Positions 41,590-54,559 of a DNA stretch of 64,000 nucleotides are shown in pieces; position 1 is the first letter of the stretch; every line of letters begins with the position of its first letter. The stretch lies in assembly GCF_006345805.1 (NCBI RefSeq), contig NC_043021.1, forward strand, positions 16,244,001 through 16,308,000, written 5' to 3'. A program made the translations under genes and the position numbers. The stretch is from Octopus sinensis. Its lineage: Eukaryota. The notes beneath the pieces are model-generated. The model ran no database searches and was not told the origin of the DNA. It saw nothing but the letters and a program-made list of their open reading frames with translations.

Positions 41590-42070
41590 AGTGTAAAGAA
41601 CAGAGATGACAAACAAACGTCAGCTTGCACACGCCGCGCTTCGCAGCGCCTAATAAAGAACCAGGCAGGGGCGAATTTGTTATTGTTTGTGAGGAATTCC
41701 GTGTAGAATCAGTTCCTTCGGAGAATTCCGCCGATATTTCCGAATCCAGCCGACTAAACACGTGTCTGAGAGCGTCTTGCTTTCTTGCCGACTTATGTTA
41801 CCATATCTTGTTACATTATTTATAACACGCACACATATCATGCATGGTTTTTTTTTTCCTTTCTTGGTTTTCTTTTTACATTGGTACAAATAATTATGTG
41901 TAATAAAGTCGGTTTTCTTTTCTTTTTTCTGTGTTCGAAGCATAAATGAAATGCGGTAGCAGCTGCGACATTGCCTGAAAGTGAAACCGAATCGCAGGAT
42001 TTAGTTAGCCGGGTGCTTACTGCTTCTGGGGGTCCTTTTCGTCTCTCGACAATCGTAAGCTGTAATAGCC
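41590..42070. promoter_or_regulatory. CpG-rich unique island upstream of the CPD-like gene; candidate promoter or non-coding first exon
   Basis: Dense CpGs in an otherwise CpG-poor genome, non-repetitive, 1.2-1.7 kb upstream of the first coding exon; CACGTG at 41759. Confidence 0.45.
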
Positions 42071-42360
42071 TTTGTCTCGTTTATTTTATTTAGTTATTTA
42101 TTTATTTTTCCAATTGTAACACACCAACACACACACACTCTGTGCTTTCCTGTCTGTCTGCCTGCCTGCCTGTCTTTCTCCCTCTCTCTCTCTCTGTGCT
42201 TTTCTGTCTGTCTTCCTCTCTCTCACCTTCTTTATCTGTTCAACTCTTTCTCCCCCGCTCTCTCTCTCTCTCTCTCTGCCTGTTTACCTCTCACTTTCTA
42301 CCGTTCTATCTATTCAACACTTTCTTTCTTCCCGCTCTATCTATCTATCTGTCTGTCTAC

Positions 42361-42411
<51 letters not shown>

Positions 42412-42521
42412 CCTACCTACCTACCTACTGTCCTGTCTGTCTATCTATCTATCTATATATCTACCTATCTATCTACCTATCTACCTACCTATCTATCTAT
42501 CTATCTATCTGTCTCTTCGGG

Positions 42522-42620
<99 letters not shown>

Positions 42621-43052
42621 ACTTGCTAGCTGACTGTGTGTGAGTACGTGTACTTGTGTTGTGTCTATCTATTACCCACTTCCTCCCTCTCATCATTCAC
42701 CAGTTTACGGTGAGCCCATTCAATATCTTTCATAATTAGAAGCCCCAATAGATTTCTCTCTCCACACGATGACTAACGGAATAAAATCATGCCATCGATT
42801 TTCCTGTCTGCACTATATTTGTCCAGATGCTGTCACTTTTTTTTTTTTCTCACGGCGGTTTTAATTTTGTTGTTTGTGTCTTCATGTATTTATGTAATTG
42901 CATATTATTTTGAAACAGGTGGAAGAGGTCGGGTTATGTTGAAAATTGCGGAGACCGTGACTGTGTGTATCCAGAAGGCATTGACTCCAGGGAGATAACT
43001 CCCAACAACTTGTTCTTAAATCAATGTGTGTGTGTATGTATATATATATATG

Positions 43053-43093
<41 letters not shown>

Positions 43094-43101
43094 GTAATAT
43101 A

Positions 43102-43168
<67 letters not shown>

Positions 43169-43180
43169 TATATATATATA

Positions 43181-43227
<47 letters not shown>

Positions 43228-43347
43228 GTACAACATATATATATATATGTATGATATATATATATATATATACATATATATATGTACACATATATATATA
43301 TATATATACATATATATATGTACACATATATATATATATACATACAT

Positions 43348-43394
<47 letters not shown>

Positions 43395-43764
43395 CATATA
43401 TATATATATATATACATTAATATCTATATACATACATATATATATATAACAGTAAAAATAATTACAGACATGGACAAGAACATGAAACACCACAGAGACG
43501 ACACAATACCACAGGACGGGACATTCGAAGCCCTCAGTCATCAGTAAAGAACCATCATCTTAGCATTTCGGCTGTATACATACATACATATATATATACA
43601 TACATATATATATACATACATACATATATATATACATACATATATATATATAATACATATATATATTACATACATATATATACATATATATACACACACA
43701 ACACATATATATATATATATAGAAATATATATATATACATACATATATATACACACACACACAA

Positions 43765-43832
<68 letters not shown>

Positions 43833-44140
43833 TAAATATATATATATGTATATATGTGTGTATTTACACCATTTATAAATATATATATATGCATTTACAG
43901 CGTTTATTCCTTTGGAATAAAACCAATGTTGTCTTCGAAACATATGTCGAAAGTAAAAGAATTTTAATAACATCTGCTTTCAACTCCATTTATTTACTTA
44001 TACTACACGTTAACCCGGAGTTTCTACCTTTGAATAGGTCACTTCATCCATGTTACTTGCGTGAATTGCTACTTTGCTACTCTGGTAACTTATTGAATTT
44101 TCCATGTTAACGGTAAACAAAGGATAATTCATTCATCCAT

Positions 44141-44196
<56 letters not shown>

Positions 44197-44430
44197 ATAT
44201 ATATATACATATAATATATATATATGTATATATATATATTATATATATATATATGTATATAGATATGTATATATATACATATATATATATAACATTATAT
44301 ATATGTATATATATATATACATATATATATATACATATATAACATATAAAACATATGTATATATATAACATATATATATATACATATGCATATATATATA
44401 TACATATATAATATATACATATATATATCA

Positions 44431-45622
44431 TATATCTCGACTTTGCAAAGGCCTTTGATAAAGTCGATCATGGAATGATATGTCACAAACTGCGTGATCT
44501 TGGCATAGTTGGAAAATTGGGAGAATGGCTTCATGACTTTCTGAAGAATAGAAGTCAGGTGGTAGTGAGCGGTGTTCCGCAGGGCACTGTTTTCGGACCA
44601 CTACTGTGGTCCGATCACAAGTTATGCAGATGCTGCAAAAGTTTCACAGGCAATACAGAACCCTGAAGACACTAAGCACCTGCAATGTGAGCTGGACGAA
44701 ATATACAAGTGGGCTGAAAAGAATAGCATGCAGTTCAATGCTGAAAAGTTTCAAGCTTTATACTATCAGCATGCAAACTGAATGCAACACCCAATGATAC
44801 ACTGGACTCGGAGGGATTGCAATCCCAGAGGCACAATCAGTGCGTGACCTGGGTATTCACATGAGTGATGACGCGACCTTTCATGTACATGTTGCTAAAC
44901 TGGCAATAAAATGTAGACGGCTGGCTGGATGGATTCTCAGAACCTTTAGAACAAGAGAACACGAAACCATGATGGTCCTCTGGAGGACACTTGTCCTAAG
45001 CCACTTTGACTATTGCTCTCAGTTATGGTCACCATCCAGTGTCAAGTTGATCACAGAGCTCGAGGTGATCCAGCGTAGCTACACGAAGAAGATAGCCTCT
45101 ATGCAGAATGTAAGCTACTGGGAAAGACTCAAGAGATTAAAACTATATTCCTTGGAGTGTAGGCGGGAAAGATATGCCATAATATACATCTGGAAGATCC
45201 TGGAGGGACGTGTCCCAAACTTTGGCATCGAGAGTTACACAAATGCCAGAACTGGGCACCACTGCGTGGTGCCTAGGACTCCAAACCTGCCATCAAGATG
45301 TAGGACAAGATTCTGTGATAGCCTGGGCTTCCGAGGCCCACAGCTCTTCAATATCCTCCCGAAGAACCTGAGAGACCTGCATGGGGTGGATACAGATGTC
45401 TTTAAAATGAAGCTGGATCTTTTCCTGTCAGGTGTCCCAGAGGAACCAACTTCACGGCAGGAGGGGCAGATGAGGGCAGCTGCATCGAACTCTCTCATGC
45501 ACCAAATAGCAGTTGCTAGAAAGCCTCCTCCTGAAGTGAAACCAAGTAGCAACACCAAATGGCGGTGCCCCAGCATGGCCACAGCTCATGAGCTGAAACT
45601 ATAATCAATCAATCAATCAATC
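44431..45622 (+). mobile_element. 5'-truncated copy of the same LINE (copy A)
   Basis: Starts at YLDFAKAF and is colinear with ~49917-51150, with two small internal deletions; ORF 44840-45604; (AATC)n tail. Confidence 0.92.
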
Positions 45623-45640
45623 ATATATATATACATATAC

Positions 45641-45672
<32 letters not shown>

Positions 45673-45850
45673 GTACATACACACATATATATATATATAC
45701 ATATATATATATATGTACATACACACATATAATATAGATATACATATATATATATACATATATTATATATATATATATATACATACACCACATATATATA
45801 TATATACATATATATATACCATATATATACACAACATATATATACATATA

Positions 45851-45881
<31 letters not shown>

Positions 45882-45931
45882 CATATATACATATTATAAT
45901 TTATACCATATATATATATACATATATAGGC

Positions 45932-45982
<51 letters not shown>

Positions 45983-46043
45983 TATGCATATATATATCCA
46001 TATTATATACTATATATATATTATATATAATATATATATATAT

Positions 46044-47312
46044 GGATTGATTGATTGAGTGATCTAGTTTCAGCTTATGAGCTGTGGCCATGCTGGGGCA
46101 CCGCCATTTGGTGTTGCTACTTGGTTTCACTTCATGGAGGCTTTCTAGCAACTGCTATTTGGTGCATGAGAGAGTTCGATGCAGCTGCCCTCATCTGCCC
46201 CTCCTGCCGTGAAGTTGGTTCCTCTGGGACACCTGACAGGAAGAGATCCAGCTTCATTTTAAAGACATCTGTATCCACCCCATGCAGGTCTCTCAGGTTC
46301 TTCGGGAGGATATTGAAGAGCTGTGGGCCTCGGAAGCCCAGGCTATCACAGAATCTTGTCCTACATCTTGATGGCAGGTTTGGAGTCCTATGCACCACGC
46401 AGTGGCGCCCAGTTCTGGCATTTGCGTAACTCTCGTGCCAAAGTTCAGACACTTCCCTCCAGGATCTTCCAGATGTTTATTATGGCATATCTTTCCCGCC
46501 TACGCTCCAGGAATATAATTTTAATCTCTTGATCTTTCCCATAGCTTACATTCTGCATAGAGGCTATCTTCTTCGGTAGCTTCGTGGATCGCCTCAAGTT
46601 CTGTGATCAACTTGACACTGGATGGTGACCATAACTGAGAGCAATAGTCAAAGTGGCTTAGGACAAGTGTCTCCAGAGGACCATCATGGTCTTGTTCTCT
46701 TGTTCTAAAGGTTCTAAGAATCCATCCAGCCAGCCGTCTACATTTCATGTCATTTAGCAACATTACATGAAGGTCGCGTCATCACTCATGTGAATACCCA
46801 GTGCACGCACTGATTGTGCCTCTGGATTGCAATCCCTCCGGGTCCAGTGTATTCATTGGGTATTGCATTCAGTTTTGCATGCTGATAGTATAAAGCTTGA
46901 AATTTTCCAGCATTGAACTGCATGCTATTCTTTTCAGCCCCTTGTATATTTCGTCCAGCTCACATTGCAGGTGTTGTGTCCTCGGGTTCTGTATTGCCTG
47001 TGAAACTTTTGTATCATCTGCATAACTTGTGATCGTGGCTCTCTGCGTGCTGAGGGCATGTCTGAGAGGGCCATTATGAACAGTAGTGGTCCCAGAACAG
47101 TGCCCTGTGGAGCTCTGAAAGAGGAACTGCAGTGGTCTTGCTAGGACGCTCTTACATGCTTTTAGGAGGATTGCCGGGAATCCATCGGGGCCAGTAGCTG
47201 AGTCTGTTTTCATTTCAATCTATAGCCTTGGTTACACCTCGTCTCCTTTATATCGATGTAATCTATCCGTCGCCGCCTCTGATTTTATATCTGGCAGTGG
47301 TAAAAAGTCAGT
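46044..47312 (-). mobile_element. 5'-truncated, internally deleted inverted copy of the same LINE (copy B)
   Basis: The reverse complement matches copies A and C (ORFs 46869-47213, 46521-46763, 46132-46452). It jumps from FLFQS directly to the PQG region and has many 1-nt deletions. Confidence 0.9.
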
Positions 47313-47404
47313 GTATATATAGATATGATATACATATATATATATATCACACAGATATATATATACAACATATAATATATACACACATATATATATACAC
47401 ACAC

Positions 47405-47473
<69 letters not shown>

Positions 47474-47595
47474 TATATACATATAATATCATAATAATAT
47501 ATATATATATCATTATATATATATATATATACATATTATATACATATATATATACATATATATATATACATATATATATACACATATATATATAC

Positions 47596-47626
<31 letters not shown>

Positions 47627-47677
47627 CATATAATATATATATACAATATATATACATATATATATACTATGTATATA

Positions 47678-47722
<45 letters not shown>

Positions 47723-48049
47723 TATATAATAATACATATATATACATATATATATATACATACATATATATATATACATACATATATATATATATACATA
47801 CATAGATATATATCATACATATATATATACTACATACATATTATATATATACTACATAATATATATATATATACATACATATATATATATATATATATAC
47901 TACATATATATATTATATACAACACACACACATATATATATATATACACACACACATATATAGATATATATACATACATATATATATATAATACCACACA
48001 CACATATATATATATATACACACACACATAATATATATATATATACATA

Positions 48050-51000
48050 CATAGATATACCGCAGATGGGACTATCCACAATACACAAGCCCGCCACAGC
48101 AAATAGACCCAAGGTGGACACCACCGGCAACAGTATACACCTCACCTCGATGCTCCTACAGAACATCAGAGGACTGCTATACTCAGTAATAGACAAAAAT
48201 CCGTTCTTGAGAGACTTTGTTGCATGCAATCAAGCCTTATGCATAGCACTTACGGAAACCACCACACCTGAAACCGGACATAGCAAATGCTGAAATACAC
48301 ATACCACAGTATGTTGTACTACGGACCGACAAAAAGAAAGGAGTCATGGAGGAGTTGCTATGTACATCCGTGAGGACCTCACACCGCAGGTCCTTTTGTC
48401 ATACTCAAATTCGGTGTGTGACACACTAATTTACATATAAGGCAACTTGGTGTAGTTATACGTGCTACATATCACCCTCCGATGCCCCAAGCCATGTAGG
48501 CAAGTTTGAAGACTGCCTTATAAAATAGAAGTTCTAGTCACATTAGAACAACACATAAGTGTACTTCTTATGGGAGACTTCAATCTACCCATGTCAGATG
48601 GCCCGAGGCCTTTCTCTCTCCCAGGAATGACACGATGAATGAGACAGGCGAAGTCCCCTCCTGAACCTCATCAACACTCTGTACATGGAGCAAGTAATAC
48701 TCCAACCAACCAGGGCAGGTAGCATACTGGATCTCTTGCTTCACAAATAATATGGGACTCATCCATAATGTGAAAGTGAACACACTACTCTCGGATCACA
48801 ACATGGTAAGCTGACCATGTATGGGCCAAGGAAAGCATGGACATGCAGCCTACAAGAAACTCTCAGAATCTTTCCAGCTTGAACTTCCATAAGGCGAACT
48901 GGAAACAAATTGAGAAAGAGATCCTCAAACAAAACTGGCCTGAATGTCTATCCTTGCCAGACATCGACATGAAATTTCAACAATTCATGTCTGTAATGCA
49001 AGTCATATGCTACAAATGTGTCCCAGAGAGAAAGGCCACTGTACACAAGAGCAAAATCCCCAGAGAGAGGAAAATTCTAATGAGACGGCGAACAAAAGTT
49101 TCAAATCCCCTAAACAAACAAATTGAAAGCAGTGAAAAGTCCCGCCTGAAAATAAAACTGTCGGAAATTGAAGAATGTCTGCAACTCTCCCATGAAAAAG
49201 AAAGAGCAGACAAAGAAGCCTGGGCTATAGACAACATAAAATCTAACCCCAGAGCTTTCTACAGGTATGCCAAAGAAACAGCTATGGTGCACTGTAGGAT
49301 AGGGCCACTCCTTGAAAAGGATGGCGCACTCACAGGAAATCCAATGAGGGTAAGTGAAATACTAAATGAGCAATTCAAGAGTATTTTGACTCCACCCCTA
49401 GGGCATTTTCAAGTCAGCAATCCAACTGACTTCTTTACTACTGCAGATATAAAATCAGAGGCAGCGATGATTGATTACATCAATATGAAGGAAGACGATG
49501 TAATAAAGGCTATTGATGAAATGAAAACAAACTCAGCTACTGGCCCCGATGGATTCCCAGCAATCCTTCTAAAAGTATGTAAGAGAGTCCTAGCAAGACC
49601 ACTGCAGTTCCTCTTTCAGAGCTTCCTTGCAACTGGCAAACTTCCGAGAAAACTGAAGGAAGGTAAAATATGCCCTATTCATAAAGGAGGTAGTAGAGCA
49701 GAGGCCAAGAACTACAGACCTATCTCTCTGACCTCACACATCAGCAAGGTCATGGAACGAATAGTCAGAAGGAAATTAATCACCTTCCTTGAAGAAAGTG
49801 ACTTGCTGCCTGACACCCAACATGGTTTCCGACCAGGAAGAAGCTGCTTAACTCAGCTCCTACAACACTATGACTGGGTGCTGAAACGACTGCTCAACCA
49901 CTCAAATGTGGAAGTCGTATATCTCGACTTTGCAAAGGCCTTTCATAAAGTCGATCGTGGAATGATATGTCACAAACTGCGTGATCTTGGCATAGTTGGA
50001 AAATTGGGAGAATGGCTTCATGACTTTCTGAAGGATAGAAGTCAGGTGGTAGTAGCCAATGGAGCCACTTCCATTAACACGAAAATAGTGAGCGGTGTTC
50101 CGCAAGGCACTGTTCTGGGACCACTACTGTTCATAATGGCCCTCAGCCATGCAGAGAGCCACGATCACAAGTTATGCAGATGATGCAAAAGTTACACAGG
50201 CAATACAGAACCCTGAAGACACTAAGCACCTGCAATGTGAGCTGGACGAAATATACAAGTGGGCTGAAAAGAATAGCATGCAGTTCAATGCTGAAAAGTT
50301 TCAAGCTTTATACTATCAGCATGCAAAACTGAATGCAACACCCAATGAATACACTGGACCCGGAGGGATTGCAATCCCAGAGGCACAATCAGTGCGTGAC
50401 CTGGGTATTTACATGAATGATGATGCAACCTTTCATGTACATGTTGCTAAATTGGCAATGAAATGTAGGCGGCTGACCGGATGGATTCTTAGAACCTTTC
50501 GAACAAGAGACCAGGAAACCATGATGGTCCTCTGGAGGACACTTGTCCTAAGCCACTTTGACTATTGCTCTCAGCTATGGTCACCATCCAGTGTCAAGTT
50601 AATCACAGAACTTGAGGCGATCCAACGAAGCTACACGAAGAAGATAGCCTCTGTGCAGCATACAAGCTATTGGGAAAGACTCAAGAGATTGAGACTCTAT
50701 TCCTTAGAGCGTAGGCGAGAAAGATATGCCATAATATACATCTGGAAGATCCTAGAAGGACTTGTCCCAAACTTTGGCATCAAGAGTTACACAAATGCCA
50801 GAACTGGGCACCACTGCATAGTGCCAAGGACTCCAAATTTGCCATCAAGATGTAGGACAAGATACTGTGAAAGCCTGGGCTTCTGAGGCCCACAGCTCTT
50901 CAATATCCTCCCGAAGAACCTAAGAGACCTGCATGGGGTGGATACAGATGTCTTTAAAATGAAACTGGATCTCTTCTTGTCAGGTGTCCCAGATGAACCA

Positions 51001-51180
51001 ACTTCACGGCAGGAGGTGCAGATGAGGGCAGCTGCATCGAACTCTCTCATGCACCAGATGGCAATTGCTAAAAAGCATTCGTGAAGTAAAATCATGTAGC
51101 AACACCAAATGGCGGTGCCCCAGCATGGCCACAGCTTGTGAGCTGAAACTAAATAAATAGAAAATAAAAATAAATAAAAT
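48050..51180 (+). mobile_element. Non-LTR retrotransposon (CR1/Jockey-group LINE), near-complete APE+RT ORF, frameshifted (copy C)
   Basis: APE motifs (QNIRGL, IALTET, HGGVAMY, MGDFNLP, SDHN) with frameshifts. RT motifs [44 protein letters not shown] and YADD in ORFs 48837-50183 and 50149-50886. A-rich tail. Confidence 0.92.
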
Positions 51181-51413
51181 ACATATATATATACATACAC
51201 ACACATATATATATATATGTGTGTGTGTGTACATACAAAGGCGCAGGAGAGGCTGTATGTTAAGTAGCATGCTTACCAACCACATGGTTCTGGGTTCAGT
51301 CCCATTGCATGGCTGGCACCTTGGGCAAGTGTCTTCTATTATAGCCTCGGGCCGTCCAAACCCTTGTAGACAGAAACTGAAAGAAGCCCGTCGTATATAT
51401 GTATATATATATA

Positions 51414-51481
51414 TGTGTCTCTCCTTACTAATGGTCAACCATTTTGTACAAAATGGTTGACCGTTAGTAAGGAGAGACACA
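51414..51481. repeat. Loopless palindrome, 34-bp arms
   Basis: Centred on TTTTGTACAAAA; one mismatch. Confidence 0.92.
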
Positions 51482-51664
51482 CAAATAAGAAAGAAGTAAG
51501 CAAAGGACCACTGATGCGGTCACAGGAGTGTGGCGGAAGAACTCTGGCCACAATAAGATTAAGATTAATGTAAAAAACGAATACCGCTGAAGCAAAGTAA
51601 CACCAAATATATAGTGCGTGTGTTTTTATTGGCTAAAATGGCAAAATGACCATTCTTAAATACA

Positions 51665-51743
<79 letters not shown>

Positions 51744-52059
51744 GAGAGAGAGACGTGATAAGATTTTTGCTTCCCAACCAAATGGATTCAGATTCAATAC
51801 TAATGCGTGGTACATGGGCAAATGTCTTCTACTATAGCACCGAGCCAACCAAAGCCTTGTAAGTGGATTTGGTAGATGGAAACTGAAAGAAACCCGTCGT
51901 TTATATATATAAATATGTGTCTACTATCGCTTGACAATAGATGTTGGCTTGTTTACGTTCCCGTAACTAAACGGTTCGGCAAAAGGCAGACCGATAGAAT
52001 AAGTTCTAGGATTTAAAAAAAAGAAAAAAACATGTACTGCGGTGAATTTGTTTAAATTT

Positions 52060-52480
52060 GAAACTGCCTCCTTCGGATCGCCACTGAAGCACGTGTAAAC
52101 CAGAAAGCTGGGATATTTTTAGCCTTTTTAAAGTAAACCGGAAGAGATCGTCACTGAAGGGAGATAACTTTCTACCCGATTGTGATGGTCAGTTGGAAGA
52201 CTCGTTGCACGATGAGCTCCAAGAAGAAGTCCCTGTCCGGCAAGGAATCTCAGTACTTCATGGACCCTAAACTGATCCCCCGCGTCCGGCAGGTAATGTT
52301 ACTTAAAACATAAGCTGTGAGATAGTTTTTTTTTTAATGTTTTATTTTCAGATCGTTTAAAAATCTTTTTTTTAGTCTGCTTCGTTTCTCACTAATGAGT
52401 TGCAATCTTGTTTATTTCTCTTTAAACCGAAGCTCTGACCTGAAACACAAACAATATTTCAGATACGAGCACGTGTTCAA
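52060..52480 (+). promoter_or_regulatory. Probable NVL promoter / 5' region
   Basis: Unique CpG-enriched sequence around exon 1, with E-boxes CACGTG at 52090 and 52470 and an ETS-type CCGGAAG at 52138. Confidence 0.55.
52212..52292 (+). CDS. NVL: Nuclear valosin-containing protein-like, coding exon 1 (MSSKKKSLSGKESQYFMDPKLIPRVRQ)
   Basis: ATG at 52212, 81 nt, donor CAG|GTAATG. DPKLIPRVRQ-YL resembles the NVL2 N-terminus DNKLKQRVIQ-YL (from recall). CpG-rich context. Confidence 0.85.
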
Positions 52481-53329
52481 ACGCATGAGTCTCTGGTCTG
52501 TGCTGTTTGATTTTTCATTTCTTTTTTCCCACACACAAACTAAAAATAGATCTCCCGGCTTTAGTAGTTATTAGCGTGTTTATAATGGGTTTTATTCGCT
52601 TTATTTATTTGTGTCACTGTATATTGGTGTTGCCAGAATCGTTCAAAGCGTCGAGAAAAAAAATGCCTTGCAATTTTTAATTTACGACGGTTTACGTTTC
52701 GAGTTCAAATTTTGCTGAAGTCAGTGTTACTTTTCATCCTTCCTGGGATTGGTAAAAGAAGGTACAAGTCGAGTACTGGGGTAGATTAATGTTTCCATGA
52801 ATGGAATTACTGTCGAAAACAGAAAAAAAAAAAAAAAAAAGCTTCGTCGTTGACATTCTAGCAAGGGATTCTTTACGTGGTTGTACGAATTGCTAGAAAT
52901 ATCAGCTGACTTATCCTTAAATCACGCCTTACCTTTTTATAAATGGAGATATTTTAAAACTGTAGTGGACAACGGTAATTAGACATGTGATTGCAGAAGA
53001 GACGGGGTGGGGATCGGACGCTTGTGATCCCGTGTCACCTCAATTAAGGCTGACCTGGGGGTTAAACATCATCGTCGTCGTTGGTTTGGACAGTTACATA
53101 AGAAATAATATAATTTGTTATGCTAGGGGAAGTCTAAAATTATCCACACCTTCGTTGGTTGCACTGCTTTCTCTGCTCTTGTGGTTACATAGCTAAGATC
53201 GCTCCAGTTTCCTTTCTTGGGTTACAGAGTAAATACGGGAGCTCCGCTGGCAGTGTGCACTAAGGGAGAACAGAGATCGGTGATCCTATCTCCCTGGTTT
53301 GAAGGCGTGTAGGGAGCTGAAATTCATTT

Positions 53330-53880
53330 TAGGCTTTCAGTACAATACGAGGAAGCAGAACACCTGTCAGCCTCCACTGACGTGAAAATGTTGACAATCT
53401 CAAGAGATGGTTCTAGTGAACCGACCAGTGACTTGATGATGAGGCATGTTCTTAGCAAATCAGTCATGGTTTTGCATACGAAGTCATCTGCGACAAGCTT
53501 CACTTTTGTAAAGTCTGTGCAAGATGGGTGCCAAGAGAGCTTATTGTGCAATCGTGTGTAGATCTGTCAATGCTTACTCAACTGGCACATCAATGAAGGC
53601 AAAGCTTTTTTGGAGCCAGAATCCAAAAGGCAGATTGTGGAGTAGAAACACCTGGAATCACCAGCAAAAAAAAAAAAAAAAATTCAAGACTCAACCTTCC
53701 ATAGAAAAAAGAATGCTAACCATTTTGGGGGTTACAAAAGGGCCTCTACTGGAGCATTACCTGGAAAAAAAGGTCTAATGTTAGCAGTGTCAAGTATAGT
53801 GAAATGCTGGCCAGCAAAATGAAACTAGCGATTTGCACCAAATACTGAAGTCAAAGCAAGTGTTATTCTTGCACACTGTG
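53330..53880 (+). mobile_element. Degenerate mariner transposase relic
   Basis: KVCARWVPREL (~53510-53542), EPESKRQ and KFKTQPS..MLTI motifs with stops and frameshifts. Confidence 0.75.
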
Positions 53881-54255
53881 AGGCCCGACATTCGAAGGGT
53901 ACTTTTTACGTGCCACTGGCATGTGTGCCTATTGTGTGACACCGGCATCAGCTATGACTATGATTTCACTTGGTTTGATGGGTCTTCTATGTATATTTAT
54001 ACATATATATATGTGTGTGTGTATCTTTTACTTGTTTCAGTCACTGAACTGTGGAGCACTACCATGAAGGGTTTTAGTTGAACAAATCAACCCCAGAACT
54101 TATTTTCCTTTTTTTAAGCCTAGTACTTCTACTATCTGTCTTGTTTACCAAGTCGCTAAGTTACTGGGGTGTAAACAAACCAACACTGACTATAAGTGGA
54201 GGCGGGGGCAAATACAAAAAGAAACGCACACATATGTATATGCATTTTAACATTT

Positions 54256-54528
54256 CTATTTCTGATTTTCACCTGCACAAATTTTCTCATTACCAGTTTC
54301 TTCCGATGACATACTATTTGTTCTTTTTCCTTTGTTCTGACATTTTGTCATCTTTGTTCTACAGTGCATCTTTATATGTCCTATATTTCCACAACGACAG
54401 CACTCCGCATTTTTTAAATGGACATCTTTTCCTTGGGTGCATACCTCCACATGCAAAACATAGATTATTTCCTGATTTTTGTCATGTTTTTTAGAAAATA
54501 CTTTATCTCTTTTCTGACTATTTCGCAC
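54256..54528 (-). mobile_element. Gag-like relic with CCHC zinc knuckle (LTR retrotransposon fragment)
   Basis: CCRCGNIGHIKMHC fits CX2CX4HX4C; no other LTR-element parts seen. Confidence 0.55.
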
Positions 54529-54559
54529 TTGTTTTACTTGGTTTTGTTCCAGCTTTGCA

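Larger units (their letters stand above)
43025..48050. repeat. TA-rich microsatellite field hosting LINE copies A and B
   Basis: (TA)n/(TACA)n at 43025-44430, 45623-46043 and 47313-48050. Confidence 0.92.

Noticed and set aside
41690-42030. Short stretches reminiscent of 16S rRNA (GGAATTCC-GTGTAG, TTAGCCGGGTGCTT)
   Set aside because: Too short and not colinear with rRNA; chance similarity.
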